From Octopus sinensis (taxonomy: Eukaryota), in NCBI RefSeq assembly GCF_006345805.1, contig NC_043001.1, forward strand, positions 129,828,001-129,892,000: DNA of 64,000 bases, in the 5' to 3' direction. Under the pieces are notes generated by a model. It was not told the DNA's origin. It did no database searches and saw only the letters and a program-made list of their open reading frames with translations. Shown piece after piece: positions 24,921-38,280 of the stretch (its first letter is position 1; each line of letters starts with the position of its first letter). The position numbers and the translations under genes are program-made.

Positions 24921-25360
24921 GGTGAGTGCATATATGTCTATTGTGTGTGTATTACCCTGTATGATTCTGTGCAATATTTACATTCTTCTTTGTTTATTTG
25001 TTTTTCCTTTCTCTTCTCATCCCTTCTGTCTTTAGTCATGTGATGTGGTGTGTTGGTGGGTGTTACTGTTCCATTCGTGTATTCTATTGAGGCTCGATCT
25101 GTCTACTTCTATGTCTGAGTGTCATGTGAGTTCCATGTGCTGATAATACCTTAACCTCTATGCTGAGCATGTTGGTAGAGCACTGACAAACTTTTCCCTT
25201 CTTTGAGCTCTTGCCAATGTTCACCTGTATGCTCTCTTAGAAGAGCATACAGGTGAAAAAATAAATGACCATCTTGAAATACAACAATATCGGTTTCAAC
25301 ACACAATTTCACATTAGGAATCTTGCACCACAAATTGATAACCATATATATATATATATA

Positions 25361-25696
25361 TCCAGACATTGGAAAAAATGCTATGAAAATGACCATTAAA
25401 CAAAGGGAAATTACAGTGTGATTGACCGTTATTAAGACAAAGCAGCTATTAGAATGACCCAAGTGAGGGTGAATGAGTCTACACATAAAGACGCATGTAT
25501 GTGGGTGTGCGGGCGTACATGTGTAGGTATGGACATGTGCACCTACGGGAATACTATGAACATTTTTACCCCCTTACTTTTACTCCCTCCCCTTAGCGGT
25601 CATTTTAATAGCTCTTTTGTCTTAATAATGGTCAATCACACAGTAATTTCCCTTTGTATAATGGTCATTTTCTTAGCATTTTTTCTAATGGCCGGA
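25361..25696. mobile_element. MITE/foldback element with ~110-bp terminal inverted repeats
   Basis: 25361-25469 versus the reverse complement of 25589-25696 (roughly 85-90% by eye), ~120-bp spacer, TA on both flanks. Confidence 0.8.
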
Positions 25697-27558
25697 TAAC
25701 TGAAAAGATGGCGGCATGGATTTCCATCCCGACATCTGAAACTCAGAGTTTTATAATGGCTACCGAATAATTGTCACATATTACATTTACAGATAAATTC
25801 CTCTATTTACATAATATCGAGGTCTCTTTCATTCTTTTGTTGTCTTACCATTTCTATCAATATATATATATGTGTGTGTGTGTGTGTGTTCGTGTTTCCT
25901 TGCCATTACAATGTGTTATCATTGTAAATGAGTGTCCTCTGTCATACAAGTAAAGTTATTCATTTCTAATATTCTAGAAAACATGCCTGGCCATGGGAAA
26001 GTATAACCCTGCTTGGAAGCAACTGAATGTTGGTGACAGGAAGGGCACCTCACTGAAGAAAATCTGCCTCAATAAACTCTGTCTAACACAAGCAAGCATG
26101 GGAAATTGGGCATTAAAATGATGATGATGACGATTTTACTTTTGAGCTTTCTTTAGTAAGAATAAAGTATAATGTTGCAAACACATATTCCAATACCTTC
26201 CCAAAAGATTACTAGTTCAATCACCTAAAAACAAAATACTAAAAGCAACAAAATCAATTAAAAAGTTAAGAAAAGTGTTTCAATGATAACTTTAATGTTT
26301 CTCTTAAGTTATATGTGTAATGCATGAGAAATTGTTGCTCTCAAAGCATTTAGCAAGAATTTATTGTAAAAAGCTTGAGTTTATTCAGCACATGCAATAG
26401 AAGGAACTATTAGAAATAAAGTTAAACAGTATTTTTACCAAAGAGGAAAAAAATACAAAAACAAAAACCAAAAATAATTAACAAGCAAAATAAATAAGTA
26501 TAAAAGTAGAAAATTCATCATCATCATCATCATCACTTAACTTTATCTGTTAATAAAAAAAAAAAATAAAAACAAACAAGTATATTCTGAAGTAAATGAA
26601 GTTTCAATGACAAAAAAAGTTTAAAGAAATAGGAAAGGAACATTAAATAGTTGATATAGTTTTCATGAATAAACATTTCAGGCTTCCATGTTGATCGTAA
26701 AGAAAAGAAAAATAGTTGAAGAAGAAATTACAATACAGTAAGTTGAATGAAATCAAAGTATATAAATAAATTTTAAAAAATTGAGAAAATTTTTTTTTTA
26801 ATGTTGAACTAATTAAGACATTGTATGATGTTTGCTTTGACCTTTCCCTAAGTGTATAGATATATAAGAGAAGTGGTGAATGATTTTTTTTTTCTAAAAA
26901 CATTTCTGTTCTTTTTTTTTTTTCAGCTATGTTTCCTAAACTACCTACCACTGCCAACTTTAAAAAGCAATCTCAATAGAGGATTACTTCACACTACACA
27001 GATCGTGTCAAGCTTATATCTTGCACATTCATTCAGTTCTGCAAAACTGCCTTAGAAATTTAACCATCCCCCGGCACTACTGGGATTCTTTAAAAACATG
27101 CAAAGATTTGTTTTCTAACAAAAATCGAAAAAAAAAAAAAGAATGAAAAGAAAAAGAATAAATACAATTTAAAGAATATACAGTGTTCTGATATAAAGAT
27201 TGGGGGTGGGGTTATATCATTTAATACCCTCCTTTTACATTTTTTTTCAGTGTGTGTGTATGTGTGAAATTTAGAATTTCGGAATAGTTGACCGTCATCA
27301 CACAGAGAACCTATTATAGGGAATAAGAAATTGTGACTTGTGACTATTGTAATTCAGTTGTTTTTAGTCACGTGTTGGAACATTTATGTTGATAAAAGAA
27401 CATTAGTTGAAATTCAAAGTGAAAAAAATGTGAAAACTTCCCTTTATATATTCAGAATATATAAAATGCCAAAGTTTAAGAAAAATAATAATAGAAATTA
27501 CATTTCTTTTTAGCAAATTTTTCGGTAGTTGTTACAGTATACTGCTTGAATATAAATA

Positions 27559-27589
<31 letters not shown>

Positions 27590-29265
27590 TTAGATATTCA
27601 CTTTGCTACAAACCTTTTTATTTTTTCTTGTCAATTTTTATTAATATAAAACTTCTACAGAGAAATGCAAATATATCTAAACGACATTAGTAGCTCTAGA
27701 TTGAAGAAACTTGGTCCAGATCTATGCTAAATAATCATGAAATAAAGAAATTCCTACTCCAAATGTGAAATATTTCTTCTTGTAAGTGATGAGCTTTTAA
27801 GACAGTAAAAGTTGCTTTGTAGTTCACTTTAACAAGAAGTGAGATAAAGATTTCTCTTCACAGTCAGATATCATCAATATCATCATTATAATGTCCAGTT
27901 TTCCAGAATTTCTTGAGGCAGATTTTCTATGGCCAAATGCCCTTCCTGTCACCAACCCTCACATGTTACGCTTGGCTGAATATGTTTTCAGAAAAGATTG
28001 GAAAAGAATGATACCCATAACTACCTATGAGACAGGAACACACACATTTGAACTCAGAACATAAAGATGGGTGAAATACTGCTAAGCATTTTGCCTGGCA
28101 TGCTCATCATTCTGCCAGCTTGCCACCTCATGAATAATAATAATAATAATAATGATAATTATAATAATAATAATAATAATAACAACAATAACTAAGCATT
28201 TTGCCTGGCATACTAACGGCTCTGCCAGCTTGTCCCCTTAATAATAATGATAATAATAATAATAATATAATAATAATAATAATAATAACGATAATGCACA
28301 ATTAGTAGAGCATGGTATGTAATAAAAACACTAAATTTGCTTATTGAAACACAAGGAAAGACTGGCAATAGGAAAGGTTCCCAGCCATAACCCACCCCAC
28401 CTCAATAGCTCTCAACCCAATTGTGGTAGCATGAAAAAATATATACCAATGTAAAAAAAATAACAAAAAAAATAGTGACGATGATTTTCCTGTGAGTAGC
28501 AGTTGATTAATTTTAGCAACAATTTTGTTAGTTCATTTTAACTATTCTTTATTAGTCCTATTGTGCTTTAAAGACAAGGTCTTTGGAATCAAGTGTGCCA
28601 CATTCTTGGCAATGACACATGGTAATTGTATTTGTTGGTAATAAAAAGCTAGACTTGTGAAAAAATTAAAATTACGCACCATTGTAGAAATTAATACAGA
28701 AGCAGGCTTAGCCCATGTAGTTGAGACATTTGCTTCCCAACCATGTGGTGCCTGGTTCAATTCCACCATGTGGTACCTTGAGTGAGAGATTTGTTATTGT
28801 ACTCTCTTATGAGTTGAATTTGGTAAGTGGAAACATGTAGGAGCCCACCATATATATCATCATCATCATCAACAGCAGCAGCATATGTCCACTTTCAATG
28901 CTGGCATTAGCTGGTTTGGCTGGATGGCTTGTCATAGGCCAAGTGAGCTCTTACTTGGAGTTACTTCCTTCCTGGGTGGGTTGGAATGCCACATCTTACT
29001 CATACATTCTGTTTTTAGAATGCTTTCTATTCCTGGATGTCCTTCCTAACATTGACTACTTTAAAGAGTCAGATCTACTCACAAGATTTTGGTCAGCTCA
29101 GGGTTTTGTAGAAGATGCTTGCCCAAAGTTCAATGCAATGGGATTGAGCATGTAACCATGTGGTTAGGAAGCAAGGTTCTCAACCACGCAGCCATGCCAG
29201 TTTAATAAAACTCTTTACTGAAGAAATGGTTCTCATATTCAGAAATTCTATGTATTTCTCTTCTA

Positions 29266-29681
29266 TACTCTTTTTACTCTTTTTTTTACTTGTTTCAGTC
29301 ATTTGACTGCGGCCATGCTGGAGCACCGCCTTTAGTCGAGCAACTCGACCCCGGGACTTATTCTTTGTAAGCCCAGTACTTATTCTATCGGTCTCTTTTG
29401 CCAAACCGCTAAGTGACGGGGACGTAAACACACCAGCATCAGTTGTCAAGCAATGCTAGGGGAACAAACACAGACACACAAACATATTCACACACACTTA
29501 TATATATATACATATATACGACAGGCTTCTTTCAGTTTCCATCTACCAAATCCACTCACAAGGCTTTGGTCGGCCCGGGGCTATAGCAGAAGACACTTGC
29601 CCAAGATGCCACGCAGTGGGACTGAACTCGGAACCATGTGGTTGGTTAGCAAGCTACTTACCAAACAGCCACTCCTGCGCC
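29266..29681 (-). mobile_element. SINE family A, young full-length copy
   Basis: Near-consensus reverse complement, from GGCGCAGGAG to the (GTAAAAAGA) tail. Confidence 0.92.
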
Positions 29682-30679
29682 TCTATGTTAACAATCAAAT
29701 GAAACTCAGGTCAAAGAAAACAGAAAATCTGGAAATTTTCAGGAATAAAGTCAAATGAGTGTGATTCATAGGATGTGTAATTCAAAAATGCTTGTCAGAG
29801 TGAATTCTTAATGAGGTGAGATTTAAAAAAAAAATTCTTATGTTTGTGATTTATTTTCATTCAAGGTTTTTAAAGTGTCTGAAAAGAATGGCAACTTGAT
29901 GTCACATGATTAATTTGCAGAGAGAATTTTGTAATAGTGGAAAGTTCTTATCTACTATGCTTAAATTGGTAGAAAAACAGGACAAAAAGAAAAAAGAAAA
30001 AAGAAAAGGAAGAAGAAACATGGAATAAGAGGGAAATATGGAGTAAAATGGAAAATGTGGAATAGTATAGAAGAGTGGGATAAAATGAGAAAAGGAAGAT
30101 ATTTAGGAAAAGGTGAAGGGAACAGAAAGAGGAAATAGAAGTTGAAAGGAAGATGGTATGATTTTGGCTTAGATGGAGACAGAGTAAAAATTTTAAAAAA
30201 TATAAAATTATTTTAAAAATAAATCAAAAGAAATGAAACGGAAGAGTAAGTGCAAGAGGGTTTGGGGTGGAGTAATTGTGTATGGTAGGCAATGCAGTGA
30301 AAATGATGTAGAATATTCAATATTGAGAAATCAGGCAATTGTTGCTTTTAAGCTTAAGTCTCAAAATCATTATTTGTGTTGAATACTGTATTGTGTTGCT
30401 ATCCACCGATACCTTCCGACAGAGACAATCAACTTCCTCTTTTGCTCACAAAAATCAGATCAACTATTCTTTTCCTCATTGTCATTGTTGTCGCTGCTGT
30501 TGTTGTCATTGCTTTTATTGTTGTTGTGGTTGACGATGTGGTTATTTTTATTTTTATTCGTATAGGAAAAATCTATTTCAAATAAAGAAACATATTTCCT
30601 GCTTTCCTGACAAAGCAAAGTGGAATGTTTATATTATGGGAACACACTCAGAATCATAACAGTTGTAGATCACTTCTAG

Positions 30680-31085
30680 CTTTGTAGGCTTTTCTTAGTC
30701 TTTTTCATTATTATTCCAGAGTTGTTGTCATTATTATTGTTGTTGTTGTTGTTATTACTGTAGAAAACATTATTATTTTTGCTGTTATTCTTTCTTCTTC
30801 TTTTTGCTTTGTTAAACTTTTTTGTTTCTTTTCCTGCTTTTGACATATCAATTCCATTTTTCTCTGCAGCTAAAAGCTTTATTTTTACTTTCATAACCAA
30901 TAGAGCAGTAATAAATAACAATGCTGATGATAATGACAATGATGATGATGATCATCATCATCATTATCATAAGAATCTTAATGATTGCAATAAGAACAGT
31001 AATAAAGACAATGGAGTGAATATGATGATGATTGTGATGACGATAATAATAATTATCATGATGATAATGATGATACTCGCAGAAG
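30680..31085. repeat. Compound trinucleotide low-complexity region (TTG/TTA/GAT/CAT)
   Basis: Direct reading. Confidence 0.8.
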
Positions 31086-31509
31086 ATAGAAATACCAATA
31101 TTTGCTTCCTTGAAGTTATATAATCTATTTGTCTCCTTCTAATTTAAATAATGAATAATTTCTTCCCTGACACTGTCACTACATCGACAACAAATAATGA
31201 TATTTAAATAGCTGTGTGAGTAAATGTGAAAGTGCATACATGTGTGCATGTGTGTGCAAACTTGCATAGCAAAGATTCTCTAATCAAGGAATCCGATTCA
31301 ATGAAAACCAATAAAAACAATCTGTCTGGAGACTCTCTGGGGCAACCTTTTGTAACTGTTCGACCATTTATAACCATTACCCACATTTCAACTTTTAACT
31401 AACTATCACATAACCACTAACTAGTAACTGATATTACTGCATTTAATGAAGAAAGAATATATATCTTAAAAAATATTTTTATCATGCAAATCTGTTTAAT
31501 TGGATTTTG

Positions 31510-31720
31510 ATTTCAAATTTTGGCACAAGGCCAGCAATTTCTAAGGAGGTGTAAGTTCATTACATCCATTCCAGTACTCAACTGGTACTTATTTTATCAA
31601 ACCTGAAAGGATGAAAAGGGAAGTTGACCTCAATGGAATTTGAACTCAGAATGTGAAAATGAATTAAATGCCGCTGAGAATTTCAGTCTGCATGCTAAGG
31701 AATCTGCCAGCTCGCCACCT
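31510..31720 (-). mobile_element. SINE family B, diverged
   Basis: TGAAAGGATGAAAAGG...GAATTTGAACTCAGAA...CTGCCAGCTCGCCAC. Confidence 0.75.
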
Positions 31721-32139
31721 TTATATAGCAAAATATTGAAAATTACAAGAATTTCTTTTTGTACATTACTTGGAATACCAAATATTGATTTCTAATTTTA
31801 ACACACAACCACTGTTTTTCATGAGGATGGGGTATGTTACACTATAGTAGACTAAATTAATTTCAGTATGAAACAAGAACATTATTAAAAGGAAGAAAAA
31901 CAAAAGGAAACAAAAGCAAAGTTTTAACTGGTAGGATTTGAACTTGCAGTACTGTAACTGCTAATCCACTTCTTTGGAGAATAGTGGGAAAAAAAATGAA
32001 TTATGATAAACTGAATTAGTAAACTCCTAATGTATGTAAACACAGTTTTGTAGTGAAGGTCATTTAGGTTAAAACCCAAGCATTTTACCCAAAAGAAGAC
32101 TCTCTTATTTTATCCTTTACAATTTCCTGTCACTAGATT

Positions 32140-32458
32140 GCAACCATGCTGGGATATCATCACCTTGAAGGATTTTGTCCAAAAAATCAACTCCAGTACT
32201 TTTTTTTTAAAGTCTAGCACTTATTCTATCAGTTTCTTTTGCCAAACTGCTTAGCTTCAGGGACAAACTCACACTTGTAGTGAAACAAACATGAACACAC
32301 ACAAAGGATTTCCACTCAGTCTCTGTCTACAGAATTCACTTTCAGAGCATTGGCTGGCCAGGGGCTATAGTAGAAGACACTTGCTCAAGCTGCTTCACAG
32401 TGGGACTGAACCCAAAACCATGTAGCTGTGAAACAAGCTTCTTAACCATACAGCTCAT
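32140..32458 (-). mobile_element. SINE family A, old diverged copy
   Basis: CTATAGTAGAAGACACTTGCTCAAG...TGGGACTGAACCC. Confidence 0.7.
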
Positions 32459-32823
32459 GACTTTTTATTAAAGTCATCTTATAAACATTGTCTCATACAG
32501 ATTATAGTAATTATACAAAAACTAACCAAGAATCATTGTACAATTGTTCTTATACAACAAAGTTAATGACATAATTCTACTGGGATTAGATACAGTTTAT
32601 GTCCATATAAGGATAGCCTTACTGAGTAAATTATTTTGTGAAATCCCAATTCAGAGTTTTTCAAACTTTATGACTCAGTGAATGAATGAAGATTAATCAA
32701 AAAATTATTGCCACACTTAAAATGGTAAGTTAAAAGATATAAATTTTCATCACTTTTCGAAATGCAATTCATGGTGTCTGATTGTATTGAAAATCAATTT
32801 TTGTGAACCCATGGATGAATCAA

Positions 32824-32956
32824 AAATTCATGGGCTTGTTAATAAGGAATACTATAGAGTCTATAGTATTCCTTATTAACATGCCCATGAATTTGCACAT
32901 GATAACTCATTATATGTCTATACTATAGACATATAATGAGTTATCATGTGCTAATT
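32824..32956. repeat. Two fused near-perfect palindromes
   Basis: Arms 32824-32858/32860-32894 and 32890-32922/32924-32956, one mismatch each. Confidence 0.95.
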
Positions 32957-33393
32957 TCTTTTTTACCTAATTAGCCAGAGAGTGGTAGGTAGCATCCATG
33001 ATCCAGAGCCTCAGAAATTGGTAGGAGAAAAGGAAGTTTTCTTTGGTCTAGGGGGCCTGGACAAATGCTTGCAATATAGCGGAGTCCATTTAAAACAACT
33101 AAGAGATAGGTCATGGTGGTGTTAAACAAGATGACATATTAATTCTAGCACAGGAATGGTCACTCTGTGGGACTCCAAGTTTCTACCCACTAAATTTAGC
33201 TCACAAATCTTTGGTAGACCCATGTGCATGTGAAGAGACACTTTGCTAAGGTTTTCACCAGGTATTAAGATCAAATGTAAATCCACATGGTTATGAGACA
33301 ATCTCTTTAACCATACTGCCATGACTATAATTCATCTACTTAACCTAAAATCAATTCTATAAGTGCTCAAGAGTTCGAAAATTCCATCTAATC

Positions 33394-33684
33394 CAGTGGT
33401 TTCCAAACTTCATCAGGCTGCTGTTCCCTTGGCACCCAGGCTACACTCCTAGAACCCCTCTTCCCCCACTTACCATCACAAACGTAGACCACTTTCTGAA
33501 ACAAATTCAAAAAACAATTATTTATTTCAGAAATAAAACTTAACCTAATTAACCTCTTATTTTTGTTGGTTTACATCCATCAACCCCTTTTGGCCAACCC
33601 ATTATTGCCCGATTTTTCTTCAATGCCACCTGAATCCTTCCACCCCAACCACGGGGAAAGTGCTGACCATTTTGGAGACCACTG
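33394..33684. mobile_element. hAT-like MITE
   Basis: TIRs CAGTGGTTTCCAAA ... TTTGGAGACCACTG (13/14 match), a CAGTGG start typical of hAT/Charlie-type ends; no clean 8-bp TSD. Confidence 0.6.
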
Positions 33685-33900
33685 CTCTTGTCTAATCTAA
33701 AATACATTAGGAGTCTTAGTCTACTTCTTTTGAAAAAATGCTGACATGAATAAATAAATAAAAAGATCTTGAAAAAGACCATAATGTTCTTTGCTTAAAT
33801 ATATCTTTAAAATATAATCATATCTTACTGATATGCAGTACTCACTATGTCCAGTTATAAATAACATGGCTTAGATTAACATGTGTGAAAGAATGAAGGA

Positions 33901-34279
33901 AGCACTCCGTCGGTTACGACGATGAGGGTTCCGGTTGATCCGAATCAACGGAACAGCCTGCTCGTGAAATTAACGTGTAAGTGGCTGAGTACTCCACAGA
34001 CATGTGCACCCTTAACGTAGTTCTCGGGGATATTCAGCGTGACACAGAGAGTAACAAGGCCGGCCCCTTGAAATACAGGTACAACAGAAACAGGAAGTAA
34101 GAGTGAGAGAAAGTTGTGGTGAAAGAGTACAGCAGGGATCACCACCATCCCCTGCCGGAGCTTCGTGGAGCTTTAGGTGTTTTCGCTCAATAAACACTCA
34201 CAACGCCCAGTCTGGGAATCGAAACCGCGATCCTATGACCGCGAGTCCGCTGCCCTAACCACTGGGCCATTGCGCCTCC
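33901..34279 (-). mobile_element. SINE family C, full length, 13-bp TSD
   Basis: Collinear with 22064; TAACATGTGTGAA at 33877-33889 and 34283-34295. Confidence 0.92.
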
Positions 34280-34970
34280 CCCTAACATGTGTGAACTGCT
34301 TTATTGAAAAGAATTGTTTTGAGCTTGCTACCATTCCTGTTACCAATTGTGTGCACAGAAGGTGGATTGTTTATAGCCATTTAGATAAACCTGAGTATCC
34401 TGCAAAGCAAAACTAAATATTTATCCATTGCTTTGGAACAAATGCTTTTCGTACTCTCTTACAATTTTTCTATTTCTTACAATGCAAACAGTAAAGGAAT
34501 ACCTGAAACTAACAAATAAGCCAATAAATATGTTTCTGCTGACAACAGATAAGGACAAGAAATGTCTGGAGTTGTCTCCCATGTTTGGACAGGGAATAAC
34601 GTTAGTTGATCAATAATTTTTCTTAATCACCATAAATAATCCAACTTAGGTTATTTCTCATAGTGAAACATTGGAAATAATCAAAGACCTTTTTTTTTTA
34701 TTATTCAAAATAAATTGTTTGAGAAGCCAAAGTTTTCTTCCAAAACTTAGAGCCAATGTGCTTGTTATACCTCTCAGGACAGCACACATATTTTAATCAG
34801 TTTACTTACCTGGTAACAGAATCCAAGTTTTAATTCATTGTTGGATGATTAGCATAAGAAGGACAACTAGCTATAAAAATAATTGCTTCACCTGCATTAT
34901 ATTGTCAAATTTTGCTACAATAACAAAAATAAAACAATGCCATTGCAGCTAGCATGTTAAAATGGATGTA

Positions 34971-36254
34971 CAAGGTGGTACCAAAAAGTTCCTGGACTGG
35001 TTATTCTTTTATTTGTTTCAGTCATTTGACTGTGGCCATGCTGGAGCACCACCTTTAGTCGAGCAAATCGACCCCAGGACTTATTCTTTGTAAGCCTAGT
35101 ACTTATTCTATCGGTCTCTCTTGCTGAACCACTAAGTGAAGGAGATGTAAACACACCAGCACCGGTTGTCAGGCAATGTTGGGGATGACAAACACAGACA
35201 CACACACACATATATATATACATATACATATATACGATGGGCTTCTTTCAAGTTCCGTCTACCAAATCCACTCACAAGGCTTTGGTCAGCCCAAGGCTAT
35301 AGTAAAAGACACTTGCCCAAGGTGCCACACAGTGGGACTGAACCCGGAACCATGTGGTTAGTAAGCAAGCTACTTACCACACAGCCACTCCTGCACCTAA
35401 ATTATGTTAAATAAAAATTAACTTATTTACCAAAGTTTTAATATCTCCTTTGAAATAGTCACCTTGCACAGCAATACACTGGTCCCAGCGTTCCTGCCAC
35501 TTTTGGAATCTGACCTGGAAGTTATTTTCTGTAAGCAAGTCAAAGACCTTCTGCAATTCACTCTGGATCTCAACAACAATGTTAAAACAGCAACCTTTGG
35601 GTTACATTTTCATCTTGGGTAAGAGATGGAAATCCACAGGTACAATACCATGTTGTTATTGGCAAGAAACTTATGAATGAGGACAGCTCAGTGATGGTGC
35701 ATTGTCATCACGAAGAATTCCATTCTTTGCGCTCCACAGATCCGGCCACTTTCACCAAATGTTCTCCCTCAAAAGCTTCAAAACATCACAGTAGAACTCT
35801 GGATTGATGGTCTGGACCTGGAGGACAATTTCTCGATGCACATTATCACATTTCAGGAGGTGACACACATGGCATTCTTCCAAATTGCTCATCATTTTTC
35901 AGGGATGTTCATCAACTTTGGAAGCACCCACATCACTCAAAACATTTATGCACAACCCATTGCCTCGTTGCCATAAGCTTGCTGCAGCATGCTCAATGAT
36001 TCTGTAGCAAATTTTAGCAAGTTTAACACAAAATTTCACACTGGTTCTTTGTTACTGTCCATGACAAAATCACAAGCTGCAACACATGTGATCACAAAAA
36101 CACAAATTTCACAACTTGTGAATTAAGCACAGCGAGATCACTTGACACACTGCCTCATGGAAATCACTACTAGCTCTCACTGGGCATGTAACAGTGTGCT
36201 GCCAGCTGTTGGTGTGCTACAGAATTAATCTGAGAACATTTTGATACCACCTCG
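34971..36254 (-). mobile_element. Internally deleted, decayed mariner (Tc1/mariner) with nested SINE
   Basis: ~32-bp imperfect TIRs (CAAGGTGGTACCAAAAAGTTC / CGAGGTGGTATCAAAATGTTC) with TA on both sides. Minus-strand remnants: MLQQAYGNEAMG, ILRDDNAP, DFHLLPKMK, FQKWQERWDQCIAVQGDYFKGD. Confidence 0.85.
35004..35398 (-). mobile_element. SINE family A inserted just inside the mariner TIR
   Basis: Full-length reverse-complement A copy. Confidence 0.9.
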
Positions 36255-36627
36255 TAAACCAGTAGAAAACAAATGTTTAATCCCAATTTCTTTCTAAACA
36301 TGTCTCATGAGTAAATTCCTTAAGGAATTTGCTCTGCAAAGATGAGATGACCATAACTAAAGAAACCAGTCAAGCAAAGAGTAGAGATTAAATCCCATTC
36401 TTGTATGTTGGACTTGAAAGAAAAATAAAGTTTGAAATTAGAATGCTTTGTTTCAAACACTGTTAAGGTTGGTTTCACTTTTCATATCTGAAAAGAAAGA
36501 ACCAGGTCGTAATAGACTTTAAAATAATGGAAGACATAGTTTGCAGATAACTATAAAATATTTTGATAAACCACACAATTCTGGGTAAGATATTCATTCG
36601 TTAAGGGTTGACTGAACAAATCATGAA

Positions 36628-36706
<79 letters not shown>

Positions 36707-36825
36707 CATACACACACACACATACGTATCTATCTATCTATATACATATATTTATATATATATATATACATACATAATATATATACACACACATATATAT
36801 ATATACACACACATATATATATACA

Positions 36826-36893
<68 letters not shown>

Positions 36894-36906
36894 TATACAC
36901 CACACA

Positions 36907-36956
36907 CATACGTATCTGTCTATCTATACACACCCACATATATATATATATAAATG

Positions 36957-36988
<32 letters not shown>

Positions 36989-38140
36989 TATACATACATA
37001 TATGTATGCACACACACACACACACATTACTGTAGATGACAGTTACAACTTCAATAAAAAAAACCCTAAGTTAATACTTTTGAACCCTAAATTCCAGATG
37101 TGCACTACTAACTAGCTTGATTAATGTTGATATCTTAATTTAATTAGTAAAGATGATGTACTGTAACAAAACGTCAGAAACATGGAAGGCTAAAAACAAA
37201 TTAAGAGAGAGAGAGAGAAATATCTAATGAATAAAAAAAAATGAATAGTCAACAGATGGCAATAATTTTTCATTTAGCCATCACAAACATAAATTCGATT
37301 ACATATCAGTTATATGGTTATATGGTTCTCAGAAGCGGAAGATGAAGGAGTAGGTGGAGGGAATTTCAGCAGAACCGTGCACAATGGATTCCATAATCAA
37401 AAAGAGAAAGTACAACAAAATATTTTATAAGCGACATTGGAGAAACAGAAACAAGATAGATAGACATATGACATTTGAGGAGAAATTCTGGAATATCTAC
37501 CACTAATAAAAGGTAATTTGGGACAAAAATCTCTGATAGATGCACACATTAAGTAAACAAACAGAAATGATTCAATATGTAGCAAGTAGAAGCTGAAGTC
37601 TTTAAACCATCAACTGAAGTAGGAATTTTTGAATTTTTTTTTTTGCCCTTGCTTTTTTTTTTTTGTATTTCTTTCAAAAAGATGAATGTCAGATAATATA
37701 GTCAGTTTCTATATTTTTGTTTTCCATTTTTTTCCCTTTCCTTTCTTTGCTAGAATATTATTTACATTTGTTCCATGTTAAGGTAGTGCTGGTAGTTATG
37801 AAATATATCTGAATGTCAAATACTAGAACATCACTTGACTTACAGCATAGAAAAAAAGGGGGAAAAAAACATAAATGCAAAATGGAGAGTATGAAGAGAG
37901 AGCAAGTAATGTATATACAAATATGTGTGTATGTATATATGTGCATATACATATATATATATATATATATATGCACACACACACACACATATATACATAT
38001 ATGTATATATACATGCATATATATATATATAGACATATATACTTACATGCATGTATATATATATGCACATATACATACATGTGTGTGTATATATATCTAT
38101 ATATACATACATATATAAGCACATATATACCTACATGTAT

Positions 38141-38185
<45 letters not shown>

Positions 38186-38234
38186 TATACACACACACAC
38201 ATACGTATCTGTCTATCTATACACACCCACATAT

Positions 38235-38280
<46 letters not shown>

